Notes under the pieces: model-generated
What the model was told of the DNA's origin: nothing
What the model saw: the letters and a program-made list of their open reading frames with translations, nothing else
Database searches by the model: none
Assembly: GCA_047611865.1 (NCBI GenBank)
Contig: JBLFWS010000025.1
Coordinates: forward strand, 1 to 30,035
Length of the DNA stretch: 30,035 nt
Direction of reading: 5' to 3'
DNA from: Chlamydiales bacterium
GTDB taxonomy: Bacteria > Chlamydiota > Chlamydiia > Chlamydiales > JBDQID01
Part shown: positions 16,080 through 25,041 of the stretch, piece by piece
Numbering within the stretch: the first letter of the stretch is position 1
How the letters are laid out: each line of letters opens with the position of its first letter
Position numbers and translations under genes: made by a program

Positions 16080-16760
16080 CTAGCGCCCCCCGAAAATTTC
16101 TGTGCCGATGCGTAGGATTGTTGCTCCTTCTTCGATGGCTATTTCGTAGTCGTTGCTCATGCCCATTGACAGGTGAAACACTTCCTCGCGGGAATAGGGG
16201 TTTATCTTGTCTCGAAATTCACGGAGGCGGGCAAAGGTTCCGCGGATGATTTCTTTGTCTTTTGTGAGTGGCGCCATCGTCATTAGGCCTTTTACGCGTA
16301 TTCCTTTTAGGGCGACGATGTCTTTGAAGCATTCTTCCCATTCCTCTGGGGTGAGGCCATTCTTGGACTCTTCTCCGGAGGTATTCACTTGTAGGAGAAT
16401 TTCTGTGATCTTTCCGGCTTTCTTGCTACTTTCTGATATCCTCTCTGCGAGACCTTTAGAATCTACAGAGTGAATCAAGCTGAAAGATGCTACGGCCTTG
16501 GAGACTCGCCCACTTTGCAGGTTGCCCACAAAATGCCAGCGGGCATCATCTGGAGCGCGGCGGATTTTCTCTACCGCTTCCAGCACTCGATTTTCTCCGA
16601 AGTCGAGGCAACCGGCATTGTATGCTAGAAGAACACTGTTGACAGGATGTTGCTTGGAAACTGCGACGAGCGTTATCTCCTCAGGATCCCTGCCTGCCCT
16701 TTGGGCTATCATGTCTATTTCATACTTCAGCTTGGAGAGATTCCGTGATATATTTACCAT
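16080..16760 (-). CDS. yggS: YggS/PLPBP pyridoxal phosphate homeostasis protein
   Basis: LVAVSK, FGENRV, WHFVGNLQS, GLMTM, LSMGMSNDYEIAIEEGATILRIG. Confidence 0.95.
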   Translation of the reverse strand: MVNISRNLSKLKYEIDMIAQRAGRDPEEITLVAVSKQHPVNSVLLAYNAGCLDFGENRVLEAVEKIRRAPDDARWHFVGNLQSGRVSKAVASFSLIHSVDSKGLAERISESSKKAGKITEILLQVNTSGEESKNGLTPEEWEECFKDIVALKGIRVKGLMTMAPLTKDKEIIRGTFARLREFRDKINPYSREEVFHLSMGMSNDYEIAIEEGATILRIGTEIFGGR

Positions 16761-17305
16761 TTTTGTTCCGTCCGCAAACTTCTTGGTGGTGACATAACTT
16801 CATGCATGAGTAGGAGGTCTCTCCGGGCAGCTTTATCAAGAAAGCGACCGTTAAGGGTAGAGCCTGCCTTTCGTTCTTTTATCACATAAGCTTTATTTTT
16901 TGGCATCTCCGAAAATCTTGCGCTGACGAGATGATTGCCTCCACCCTCCTCTACTCTGGTGTTTACGTGCCTCTCTTCGATAGAAGATGTCTGGTGGCGA
17001 TCTGTGAGCTTACCTTTAAATGCAAACTTCTCCTTTCTGGCCTGTGCACGTGTCATCCTCTTTCCTGGAGCTGGAGGGGGCGGCGGCGGTGGGGGCTTAA
17101 CCTTCTCTTCTTCGAAATCCATATCCAGAGATTTCAGAAACTCTTTGACGATCTCTTCCCGTTCGTATTTCTCTTCTACTCTATCTTCATCATCATTCAT
17201 CTGGTCTCTTGTATCGCCTATCCCTTCTTCCTTAATCTTCTTAATGATCGGAGATATTAAAACAAAAGCCATGATGACAAAACCTATCAACTCGAAAAAA
17301 CTCAT
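16754..17305 (-). CDS. Single-pass membrane protein downstream of floA (YqfB-like position)
   Basis: N-terminal TM helix, poly-Pro linker, C-terminal LLMHEVMSPPRSLR resembling the YqfB-type tail. Confidence 0.65.
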   Translation of the reverse strand: MSFFELIGFVIMAFVLISPIIKKIKEEGIGDTRDQMNDDEDRVEEKYEREEIVKEFLKSLDMDFEEEKVKPPPPPPPPAPGKRMTRAQARKEKFAFKGKLTDRHQTSSIEERHVNTRVEEGGGNHLVSARFSEMPKNKAYVIKERKAGSTLNGRFLDKAARRDLLLMHEVMSPPRSLRTEQKW

Positions 17306-17322
17306 TATGCCTCCGCTGCAGA

Positions 17323-17351
17323 TAAAATAGGGAGTCGTTAGACTCCCTATT
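17323..17351 (-). terminator. Intra-operon hairpin after floA (partial terminator or mRNA stabiliser)
   Basis: Perfect 11-bp stem AATAGGGAGTC / GACTCCCTATT with a short U tract on the minus strand. Confidence 0.6.
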
Positions 17352-17368
17352 ACATTAATTAATTCAGA

Positions 17369-18400
17369 TTACTGATCCTGTGGTCTTGCCGGAGGTTCAC
17401 CTAGATTGTCTCGCATCTTGGTATCTGCCTGGACGTTCTGAATACGAGCATAATCCATAACGCCTAGTCTTCCTCCACGGAAAGCCTCTGCCACGGCGAG
17501 TGGTATTACAGCTTCTGCTTCTACCACCTTAGCACGCATATCCTGTACTTTAGCTATATTCTCCTGCTCCACAGCTACCGCCATTGCACGACGTTTTTCC
17601 GCATCCGCGCGGAAGATACGCATGTCAGCTTCTGCTCTGTCAGCACGCAACTTAGCTCCGATGTTTTCTCCCACATTGATATCTGCGATATCGATTGACA
17701 GAATTTCAAAAGCTGTCTGAGCGTCAAGACCTTTGCCTAATACGAGTTTCGATATACGCTGTGGTGACTCCAACACTTCAAGATGTGTGTTAGCACTACC
17801 GATTGCACTGACGATACCTTCACCCACACGAGCAATCACTGTCTCTTCTGTCGCACCACCTACAAGCTGTTGAATGTTTGTCCGTACAGTAACACGAGCG
17901 CGGCACAAGAGCTGTACGCCATCTTTAGCGACAGCGACGATATAGTCGCCCGGTGTATTAGAAGGACAATCAATAACTTTAGGGTATACAGAGGTTTTTA
18001 CCGCGTCGAGAATGTTACGCCCTGCAAGGTCGATAGCTGTAGCTTCTCTCCAACCCAATGGGATATTCGCTTTGTCGGCAGCAATCATCGCCGACACAAC
18101 ACCAGATATATTTCCTCCTGCGAGAAAGTGAGTCTCCAAGTCGGCAACTTCTATCCCCTTAAGGCCCGCTTTATACGTGGTAATACGTGCTGTTACAATA
18201 AGTGCCGGGGGGATTTTTCTGAGGCTCATCCCGATGATGTTAAACAATGAGATTGGTGTGCCAGATACAAACGCCTGAAACCACAAACTAATAAATTTGC
18301 CGACAATCGTTAATAGGACGATGACGACGATAGCGAGAATTACTATCAGAAAGTAAAACTCCAGGGCCAGGTCAGACTGCCCTAGGATTTGCATGGTCAT
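17369..18400 (-). CDS. floA: Flotillin-like protein FloA (YqfA, UPF0365)
   Basis: [52 protein letters not shown]. Confidence 0.92.
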   Translation of the reverse strand: MTMQILGQSDLALEFYFLIVILAIVVIVLLTIVGKFISLWFQAFVSGTPISLFNIIGMSLRKIPPALIVTARITTYKAGLKGIEVADLETHFLAGGNISGVVSAMIAADKANIPLGWREATAIDLAGRNILDAVKTSVYPKVIDCPSNTPGDYIVAVAKDGVQLLCRARVTVRTNIQQLVGGATEETVIARVGEGIVSAIGSANTHLEVLESPQRISKLVLGKGLDAQTAFEILSIDIADINVGENIGAKLRADRAEADMRIFRADAEKRRAMAVAVEQENIAKVQDMRAKVVEAEAVIPLAVAEAFRGGRLGVMDYARIQNVQADTKMRDNLGEPPARPQDQ

Positions 18401-18879
18401 GAATAATTTTCCTTTTTGCAGGGTTTAACAAATAAATATGCACCTTTACCACCGGTGACGATAACTTCAGAACCCTTTAGCAGGTATCCTGTTTTGGAAA
18501 CGGCCTGAAATTGTTTTCCCTCTATGAGAATGTGTCCCGAGGGCTTCATATCGGTCAGAACGCTGCCCATTTTCCCGACCGCCTCAGCGGAAAATGTCGG
18601 GGCTCGGTAGCCCTCTTGGTCGTCACTTAGGTAGACGCTGGATTCTGGATCAGCAGACTTTATCCGATTCAATGCGAACATGACGACAAAAGCCAGACCC
18701 ACCATTGCTCCCACAGTAAACAACATGACGTGAAGGGGATTTTCGCTTCCCTGTGAGAAAAATACGACACCCATCACCAGAAGTATGGAGCCACATGTGC
18801 CCATAATTCCTCCGGGCAAATAAAACTCCATGTAGATTAGCAGGAGACCTACTCCCAACATAACATAGGGAACAATCAT
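18397..18879 (-). CDS. Short-form NfeD family membrane protein
   Basis: N-terminal TM helices (EFYLPGG) and C-terminal OB-fold (TDMKPSG...QAVS). Confidence 0.85.
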   Translation of the reverse strand: MIVPYVMLGVGLLLIYMEFYLPGGIMGTCGSILLVMGVVFFSQGSENPLHVMLFTVGAMVGLAFVVMFALNRIKSADPESSVYLSDDQEGYRAPTFSAEAVGKMGSVLTDMKPSGHILIEGKQFQAVSKTGYLLKGSEVIVTGGKGAYLFVKPCKKENYS

Positions 18880-18881
18880 CT

Positions 18882-21173
18882 TTATACAGCTCCCGTTTTG
18901 GATTCTTCTACGATAACTTTATTTCTTTCTACCTGTACAACGATAATAGGTATGCCCTTTTCTATAAAGCCTCCCCTGCTCATTGCATCATATACTTCAT
19001 CATCTACCATGACCTTTCCTGATGGACGCAGAGTAGAGAGCACTTCTCCGTGACTTCCCACACTAGGATACGCACTAGGATCTGCTCCTGCTACAAAGCC
19101 GTCACTGGAGCTTTCTTCTCCCACGAGTACCAAACGGTTGAAAAGAGTAAACTTTGGCATTACAAAGCGCGCTAGCAAAGAGATCACAAGAAATCCCATG
19201 ATGAGCGAGCTACAGAGCCACGCTAAGCGGTACATAAACACTTCACCTGCAGCGTTAAAAGTCTCCGTCTGAAGATCGAAATCCACAGAACCAACAGAGG
19301 GTAGCATCAGGGCAAAGAGCCCTACTAATACAAGCAACCCTCCCACAATCCCCGCTATACCAAAACCCGGTAAGATCAGGAGCTCTACTGCAAGGAGAGC
19401 GAGACCAGCCAATAGGATGATTACCTCTAACCAAGACACTGCTGCCAAGGAGAAACTCGATAGAACAATAAAAAAGAGACATACAAGAGCTACTGAACCC
19501 GGTAGACCAAATCCTGGGGAGTTCATCTCCACATAAAAACCCACCATCATTCCCATAAACAACAGCGACGCTACTGCAGGAGATGCTAAAATGGCGAAGA
19601 AACTAAGTTTCCAGTCCATCTTATACGTTTCGATGGTAGCGCCAGGAATTCCCTTGAAAAAGCTATGGGAGAAAAGCAGATATTTTTCCGCTGGCCACTC
19701 CCCACTTTCCTCTTCTAGCGCAGTGATCGGCTCCAACTTCATGGGTTCGACCATAAAATCCGCCACCCCATAGAGCATCATCTTTTGAGCATCGAGAGTT
19801 AAAAGCTTGCCCTCTGCCGAAATCAAAACATCCGGAGAAGAACCACCTGTAATGATCTGCTCAACTGTCTCTAACTTAAGGACTTTCTTGTTACGCAGAA
19901 CAAGAATCATCGACTTATCTACCATAGCCTCAGCTATAAGAGTTTCCCTGTCATAGAAGCCTGCCCGGTTTGCAAAGTCGGCACGCAGTGCGGAATTAAT
20001 TTTCTCCGATGCCGTCTGCATTCCTCCCTCAGCTCCTGCCAATACTGGCTCTGCGGCACCCATCGTAGCATCCTTTACTATCCCGATAAAACGACAGGAA
20101 TAAGCCAGCATCGCGCCAGCAGAGACTGCCCAGTTATCGATGAAAGCAACCGTTGGAATACTGTAGTTCGTGTCAAGATCCATGAGGGCATCAGAGATCT
20201 GTTGAGAAGAGAATACTTCTCCCCCGGGGGTATTCAACTCCAGGATAATGAATACGGGCTTTTTTTCTTTGTAATAGTCCAGTGCCGATTTCACATATAT
20301 CCATGTGGACTGGTCTATTCCCGTTTTCTTGTTATCGATGGTGATCCGACCGACAGTATTCTTACCGTCTGAATCAAATTGAATATGCTTGCTGAGCTTT
20401 TCTAGCACATCTTTCGGGAGTTGCTCGAGGGTCGTGTCTTCTGACCTGACCTGTTCCTTCAGATGGGCCACTTGCTCCTGAGTGAGATCAAAGAAATCTT
20501 TCAGCATATCGCGAGGAAATAAGGCCGTTGCTAGTCCCAGTTTTTGCAATTGATTGTGGTCGATCACAAGAGTCTCGCTCTCAGGAGAGACCACGCTTGT
20601 GGAGTCTCTACCTTCTTCCGACCCGCGTTTCCATCCTCTGTCATCAACAACCACTACTGCAGGGTCCACCATGGCTTCTGCAATAAGCGTCATCAATTTA
20701 TGTTGTGGATGAGAGTTTGAGATAAGACTACGTATTCTGCTCCGCAGAATATTCGTTGGCAGTACAGAGTCTTCTCCAAGGTTCGTACCACCCCATGAGA
20801 CAAATACCGATGCTAGCAGTTCATCCGCAACAAAGGGGATGGCTGATGCTGGCCCGATGGCAGATCCATTGATGTACACCACGACTTTAATACCCCGTGA
20901 TACTTTAGCTTCATAGATAACTCTTGCCATGTCAAGAACCTGAAGTATATCGCCGGATGTGGAGTCTACCTCCACCACAAGAGTATCTTTTTGTGAGTCT
21001 TTTAAGGCTTCAAATTCTTCTTTAGCCTTGTCTATAGCTTCTTTTCCGAGGTGACCGTTCAAAATAATCACATCAGCTGTGCGCATCTCTTCTGCGAAAA
21101 GACCGAAATTGAAAAACAAAAATCCAAACAGGGTTAAGAAAGCAACCCTTAGGGCCGGTAATCCACTCATCAC
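18882..21173 (-). CDS. nfeD: Long-form NfeD membrane serine protease with duplicated ClpP-like N-terminal domain
   Basis: ELNTPGG...AVSAGA...MGAAEP protease domain, PGFG TM region, STLRPSG OB-fold; an extra degenerate ClpP-like domain at the N-terminus. Confidence 0.85.
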   Translation of the reverse strand: MMSGLPALRVAFLTLFGFLFFNFGLFAEEMRTADVIILNGHLGKEAIDKAKEEFEALKDSQKDTLVVEVDSTSGDILQVLDMARVIYEAKVSRGIKVVVYINGSAIGPASAIPFVADELLASVFVSWGGTNLGEDSVLPTNILRSRIRSLISNSHPQHKLMTLIAEAMVDPAVVVVDDRGWKRGSEEGRDSTSVVSPESETLVIDHNQLQKLGLATALFPRDMLKDFFDLTQEQVAHLKEQVRSEDTTLEQLPKDVLEKLSKHIQFDSDGKNTVGRITIDNKKTGIDQSTWIYVKSALDYYKEKKPVFIILELNTPGGEVFSSQQISDALMDLDTNYSIPTVAFIDNWAVSAGAMLAYSCRFIGIVKDATMGAAEPVLAGAEGGMQTASEKINSALRADFANRAGFYDRETLIAEAMVDKSMILVLRNKKVLKLETVEQIITGGSSPDVLISAEGKLLTLDAQKMMLYGVADFMVEPMKLEPITALEEESGEWPAEKYLLFSHSFFKGIPGATIETYKMDWKLSFFAILASPAVASLLFMGMMVGFYVEMNSPGFGLPGSVALVCLFFIVLSSFSLAAVSWLEVIILLAGLALLAVELLILPGFGIAGIVGGLLVLVGLFALMLPSVGSVDFDLQTETFNAAGEVFMYRLAWLCSSLIMGFLVISLLARFVMPKFTLFNRLVLVGEESSSDGFVAGADPSAYPSVGSHGEVLSTLRPSGKVMVDDEVYDAMSRGGFIEKGIPIIVVQVERNKVIVEESKTGAV

Positions 21174-21510
21174 GCTCCCATCATAATTAAGTCATTAAGT
21201 TAAGGTGATGTTGGCATAAACTAATAATTAATATCCATAGACACAAAACAAAGAGAAAAATGAGGATTATTGCGCCTTCACGGCCACTCCTCTACTAAAG
21301 TTATGAAATGCAGTCTTAATACCTTCAGGCAGAGACCCTGATTGTCACATAAGCCTCGCTCTCGAAAACTGGAGCAGTAAGACATTGAAATTGTCATGAC
21401 TTCAGCTATAGAAAAATCAGACACAGGGGCAAGATCTTCAAAAGGAAAAGATCTTACCCGGGTCGTTCAATGAATTTGACTTAGATTTTTAGCATTCAGA
21501 ATCATCGAAT

Positions 21511-23109
21511 CTATGACTCATCATTTATCGCTTCCAAAAGAGCTTTGAATTCCTCATCAAAAAACGCTAACTCCCAGTTCTCTGCTTTTTTAATTTGTTC
21601 GACGTCCAAGCCATAAGCCCCTCTGAAATCAGCTCTTTCAATATCCGCGTCGTCAAAAGCTGTCCCCTGACAATTAGCCCCTCGAAAATTCGCCTGAAAA
21701 AGGTATGATTTGTAAAACTTCCCATCTTTTACATTGGCCCCGAAAAAGTCTGCTTTATGGAGGTCTGCGTTGCATAACTTCAGGCCCTCGAAGTTTCGGG
21801 CGTATTCTAAAGCTCTCAAGCGGATAGATACAGCAACTTCTTCATGTAGTGACAGAGAGGTCACTAACCTTTTTGCCAAATCCTGAACACGCCACTTTTC
21901 CTTTCCATACAGTCTTTTGATTCCCATTCCAGAACTACTCTTTGCATAGGATGCTATAAGTTCTATAGCACTTGGGATTCTATCTTCCTTTGGCATGCAA
22001 CAAAAGCAGGTAAATATCGATGGTTTTGTTGGAACCGTATCTCCATCCAGAATAATTTTTCTCAAGTCGTCGCTTGCATCCAAATGACATTGCTTTACCT
22101 TATCAACGATTGCATACAACGCAGTGACTCCTGTATATTTTACAACCCAGTCACTGCTTTGCCGAGTCTTGGCAATAATATCCTCCAACTTATCCTGAAG
22201 AAGAAGTACTTTGCCGTATTTGTTATACTTCAGCGCTAGTCTTTTGTAGGATTCTATGGCCAAGACCTCGTGATACGCCTTGCCTTTCATCGCTTCCCTA
22301 ATGTTAGCAATAATCCCCCTAAAGAAGAGAAAAGTCTTTACTCCGGCATTTCCAGCACTTTCCAGATCAGCAGATCCACGGGCAGCCGTTACCCCTACCT
22401 TCGACACATCCCCCATAATATCCGCTGCCTTAAAAAGCTCAGCATCCATCCCTCCTCGTAAGGTAGGCAGGCTATATATCCCTCTTCTTGTGCAGCGCAA
22501 ATCAAAATGCAGCTCTGGCGTGTTGGTCGCATTTTTTTCTATGCAATCAACAATATTTATCATTCGCCTCTTCTCCGTTTCGTGGAGGTTGGATTTGAGA
22601 TAAATATCTTTAAGGTGCACCTCTTGTACAAGACGCCTAAGGAAGATCCCAATCATTTCCATTTCATTACGCTGAGGAGCGATAAATTCAACGGGTTCCA
22701 TTTTCCTGTTAAGAAAAGTCATCAGCTGCCTGAAAGTATACATAGGATCTTCTGTGTCGAAGCCCACTCCCCCTTCGAGATATTCCAAAGAATTAACTCT
22801 TGCCGCCAGAGCATCAAGTTCCAGACACAACCAAGCTTCTCTCTCTTCATGAACTATGTGATTCAGCTGATAGCGAAAAGTACTCAGAATTATTTCGGGA
22901 AGATTCTCTCTGACAAGCCTTTCAAGGGTTTTCCTAATGCCTTTTTCATGACTAGCCGCATGCTCTCTCGCTTGAATTTCTCCTGTTTCAGAAACCCCCA
23001 CTGCACACATGTCACATTCGTATAAAGCTGGCAGTACATGTGAATCTCTATTCGGGAAGAACCCTACGGATATTTCAGAAGTAATGGGTGGGTATATTGT
23101 CGTTTTCAT
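21511..23109 (-). CDS. Protein with C-terminal pentapeptide repeats
   Basis: ADLHK ADFFG ANVKD ... ANFRG ANCQG TAFDD ADIER ADFRG followed by the usual GL..EQI..A cap; N-terminal ~430 aa unrecognised. Confidence 0.8.
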   Translation of the reverse strand: MKTTIYPPITSEISVGFFPNRDSHVLPALYECDMCAVGVSETGEIQAREHAASHEKGIRKTLERLVRENLPEIILSTFRYQLNHIVHEEREAWLCLELDALAARVNSLEYLEGGVGFDTEDPMYTFRQLMTFLNRKMEPVEFIAPQRNEMEMIGIFLRRLVQEVHLKDIYLKSNLHETEKRRMINIVDCIEKNATNTPELHFDLRCTRRGIYSLPTLRGGMDAELFKAADIMGDVSKVGVTAARGSADLESAGNAGVKTFLFFRGIIANIREAMKGKAYHEVLAIESYKRLALKYNKYGKVLLLQDKLEDIIAKTRQSSDWVVKYTGVTALYAIVDKVKQCHLDASDDLRKIILDGDTVPTKPSIFTCFCCMPKEDRIPSAIELIASYAKSSSGMGIKRLYGKEKWRVQDLAKRLVTSLSLHEEVAVSIRLRALEYARNFEGLKLCNADLHKADFFGANVKDGKFYKSYLFQANFRGANCQGTAFDDADIERADFRGAYGLDVEQIKKAENWELAFFDEEFKALLEAINDES

Positions 23110-23294
23110 TAGTTTTTCCTTTTTTCGCTACTTCGATCGTAATTTCCAAAGCTTGTATCAAGGAATATTTTTCACTTCAATGTTTTTTTTGAACTTGTTT
23201 GTGTATGTAAGTAAATCCTGAACTCAGGTAATAGAGACATACCGACTTTGCATCAAATTTGATATAAATCCACTACAAAACCAAGGAATTACTT

Positions 23295-23621
23295 ATGACT
23301 AAATTAAGTGAAAAAAAATGCGTTGCTTGTGCCGTTGGTGTACCTTGCCTACAGGGCGAGGAACTACAAAACCTGGTCGATGAACTAAACTCAGGATGGT
23401 CAGTAGTAGACGGACACCACATTGAAAGAGAATTCGACTTTGAAAATTTCGTTCAGGCTCTGGACTTCACCAACAGAATGGGTGCCGTAGCAGAAAAAGA
23501 GGGACATCACCCCGACATTTTCCTTACGTGGGGCAAGGTAAAAGTAAAAATCTTTACTCACAAGATCAACGGATTGTCTGAGAGTGATTTCATCCTCGCG
23601 GCTAAAATAGACGCATTATAA
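23295..23621 (+). CDS. phhB: Pterin-4-alpha-carbinolamine dehydratase
   Basis: AEKEGHHPDI, FTHKINGLSESDFILAAKID. Confidence 0.93.
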   Translation: MTKLSEKKCVACAVGVPCLQGEELQNLVDELNSGWSVVDGHHIEREFDFENFVQALDFTNRMGAVAEKEGHHPDIFLTWGKVKVKIFTHKINGLSESDFILAAKIDAL

Positions 23622-23686
23622 AGTCCAACAGCAGGTGATCTAAATATTTTTTATTCATATGTTCACCCTCTTAGCTTATACTTAAT

Positions 23687-23737
23687 TTATACCAATCTCG
23701 TATCAAATTTTTAATTTGTGAGCCGAGATTGGTATAA
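23687..23737. repeat. 14-bp perfect inverted repeat with inner stem
   Basis: TTATACCAATCTCG ... CGAGATTGGTATAA, inner CAAATT/AATTTG. Confidence 0.75.
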
Positions 23738-23742
23738 TTTGT

Positions 23743-23771
23743 TTGATCTCCACTCAACAACAACGTATAAT
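23743..23771 (+). promoter_or_regulatory. Sigma66/70-type promoter for the desaturase
   Basis: TTGATC-17 bp-TATAAT. Confidence 0.6.
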
Positions 23772-23815
23772 GTCTGCTTCAAGCGAAAACCAATATCTTA
23801 TTTGGGGGGTTTCTA

Positions 23816-24946
23816 ATGATTAAAAATAAAATTACTTCAGGTGCTGGGATTGCTATCATCTGCTACCACGCATTCTTACTGGTTTCCTTGCCTGTTTACC
23901 TTTACTACAACCCACCAGGATTAAGCTTAGTCCTTGTTAGTATCGCGCTATTTTTTGCGACAGGTATCGGCATCACAGCAGGTTATCATAGATACTATTC
24001 GCACAAAGCTTATAAAATGAAAAGTATCCCGGAAGCCGTATTGCTTTTCTTCGGTACGATGGCCACACAAGGCAGTGCCTTACGCTGGAGCTACGACCAC
24101 AGAAAACATCACGCATTCGTTGACACTGACAAGGATCCCTATTCCATAAAAAAAGGATTCTGGTACGCACACATGTGGTGGTTGATGGATGAATCTCCTG
24201 AAATTGAGCCAAAGGTCGTCAGCGACTTGCTTAAAAACAAAATGGTCGCCTTCCAACACCGTCACTACTATAAGCTCATGGTTTTCACCAATATCCTGGC
24301 ATTTCTCGTCACCGGTTGGGCACTCGGCGATTTCCTCGGAGCCTTTTTCATTACTCTTTGGGTACGTCTGCTAACACTGCACCACTGCACATGGTTTATT
24401 AACTCCCTGGCCCACACTTGGGGTTCTAAAAGTTTTTCAAAAGAACACTCCGCTGTGGATAACTTCCTGATATCGCTCCTGACTTTTGGAGAGGGCTACC
24501 ACAACTACCACCACACCTTTGCCAATGACTACAGAAATGGTATCCGCTGGTACAACTTTGATCCCACAAAATGGCTCATCTGGGCCCTTCATAAAACCCG
24601 TCTTGCATGGGACTTAAAGAAAGTGGATTTTTTCACAGTGCAAAAACGACTGGTTTTGGAAGATGCCCAAAACATGAAAGAGCAGATCAAAGAGTTAATG
24701 TATGTCAAAAAGGAAATTCTCGAGCAAAAAGTTCAGGAGATGTCAGACAATATCTCTGCTCAAATTGTTGAATTCCAAAAGCTCATGAATGAGTACAAAG
24801 CCTGTAAGTACGAGCAGGTGGAAAAAGAAACTCTTAAGGAGTTGCGCTTAGAAATCAAACGCATGAAAAAATCCCTTAAGAAAGACTGGCAAGACTGGAT
24901 AATCCTGTCTCAACAGATCATGGATCTCAAACCTCTGATGGTATAA
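23816..24946 (+). CDS. Membrane acyl-CoA (delta-9 type) fatty acid desaturase with C-terminal coiled coil
   Basis: Three His boxes HRYYSH, HRKHH, HNYHH; INSLAH; DPTKWLI. Confidence 0.93.
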   Translation: MIKNKITSGAGIAIICYHAFLLVSLPVYLYYNPPGLSLVLVSIALFFATGIGITAGYHRYYSHKAYKMKSIPEAVLLFFGTMATQGSALRWSYDHRKHHAFVDTDKDPYSIKKGFWYAHMWWLMDESPEIEPKVVSDLLKNKMVAFQHRHYYKLMVFTNILAFLVTGWALGDFLGAFFITLWVRLLTLHHCTWFINSLAHTWGSKSFSKEHSAVDNFLISLLTFGEGYHNYHHTFANDYRNGIRWYNFDPTKWLIWALHKTRLAWDLKKVDFFTVQKRLVLEDAQNMKEQIKELMYVKKEILEQKVQEMSDNISAQIVEFQKLMNEYKACKYEQVEKETLKELRLEIKRMKKSLKKDWQDWIILSQQIMDLKPLMV

Positions 24947-24971
24947 TCCAAAAAGAGAAGAGAATCAACAA

Positions 24972-25026
24972 ACAGAGAAAGGAAAAATAGAGAGATCGAG
25001 ATTCTCTCTATTTTTCCTTTCTCTGT
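24972..25026. terminator. Perfect 24-bp inverted repeat between convergent genes (likely bidirectional terminator)
   Basis: ACAGAGAAAGGAAAAATAGAGAGA-7 nt-TCTCTCTATTTTTCCTTTCTCTGT. Confidence 0.65.
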
Positions 25027-25041
25027 AATCAACCTTCACTC

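Noticed and set aside
21427..21459. Hairpin GGG(C)AAGATCTT...AAGATCTT(A)CCC downstream of the pentapeptide gene
   Set aside because: No U tract and a single copy; not enough support to call it a terminator or RNA.
22270..23221. Several plus-strand ORFs up to 172 aa
   Set aside because: Antisense shadows of the pentapeptide-repeat gene, with no motifs.
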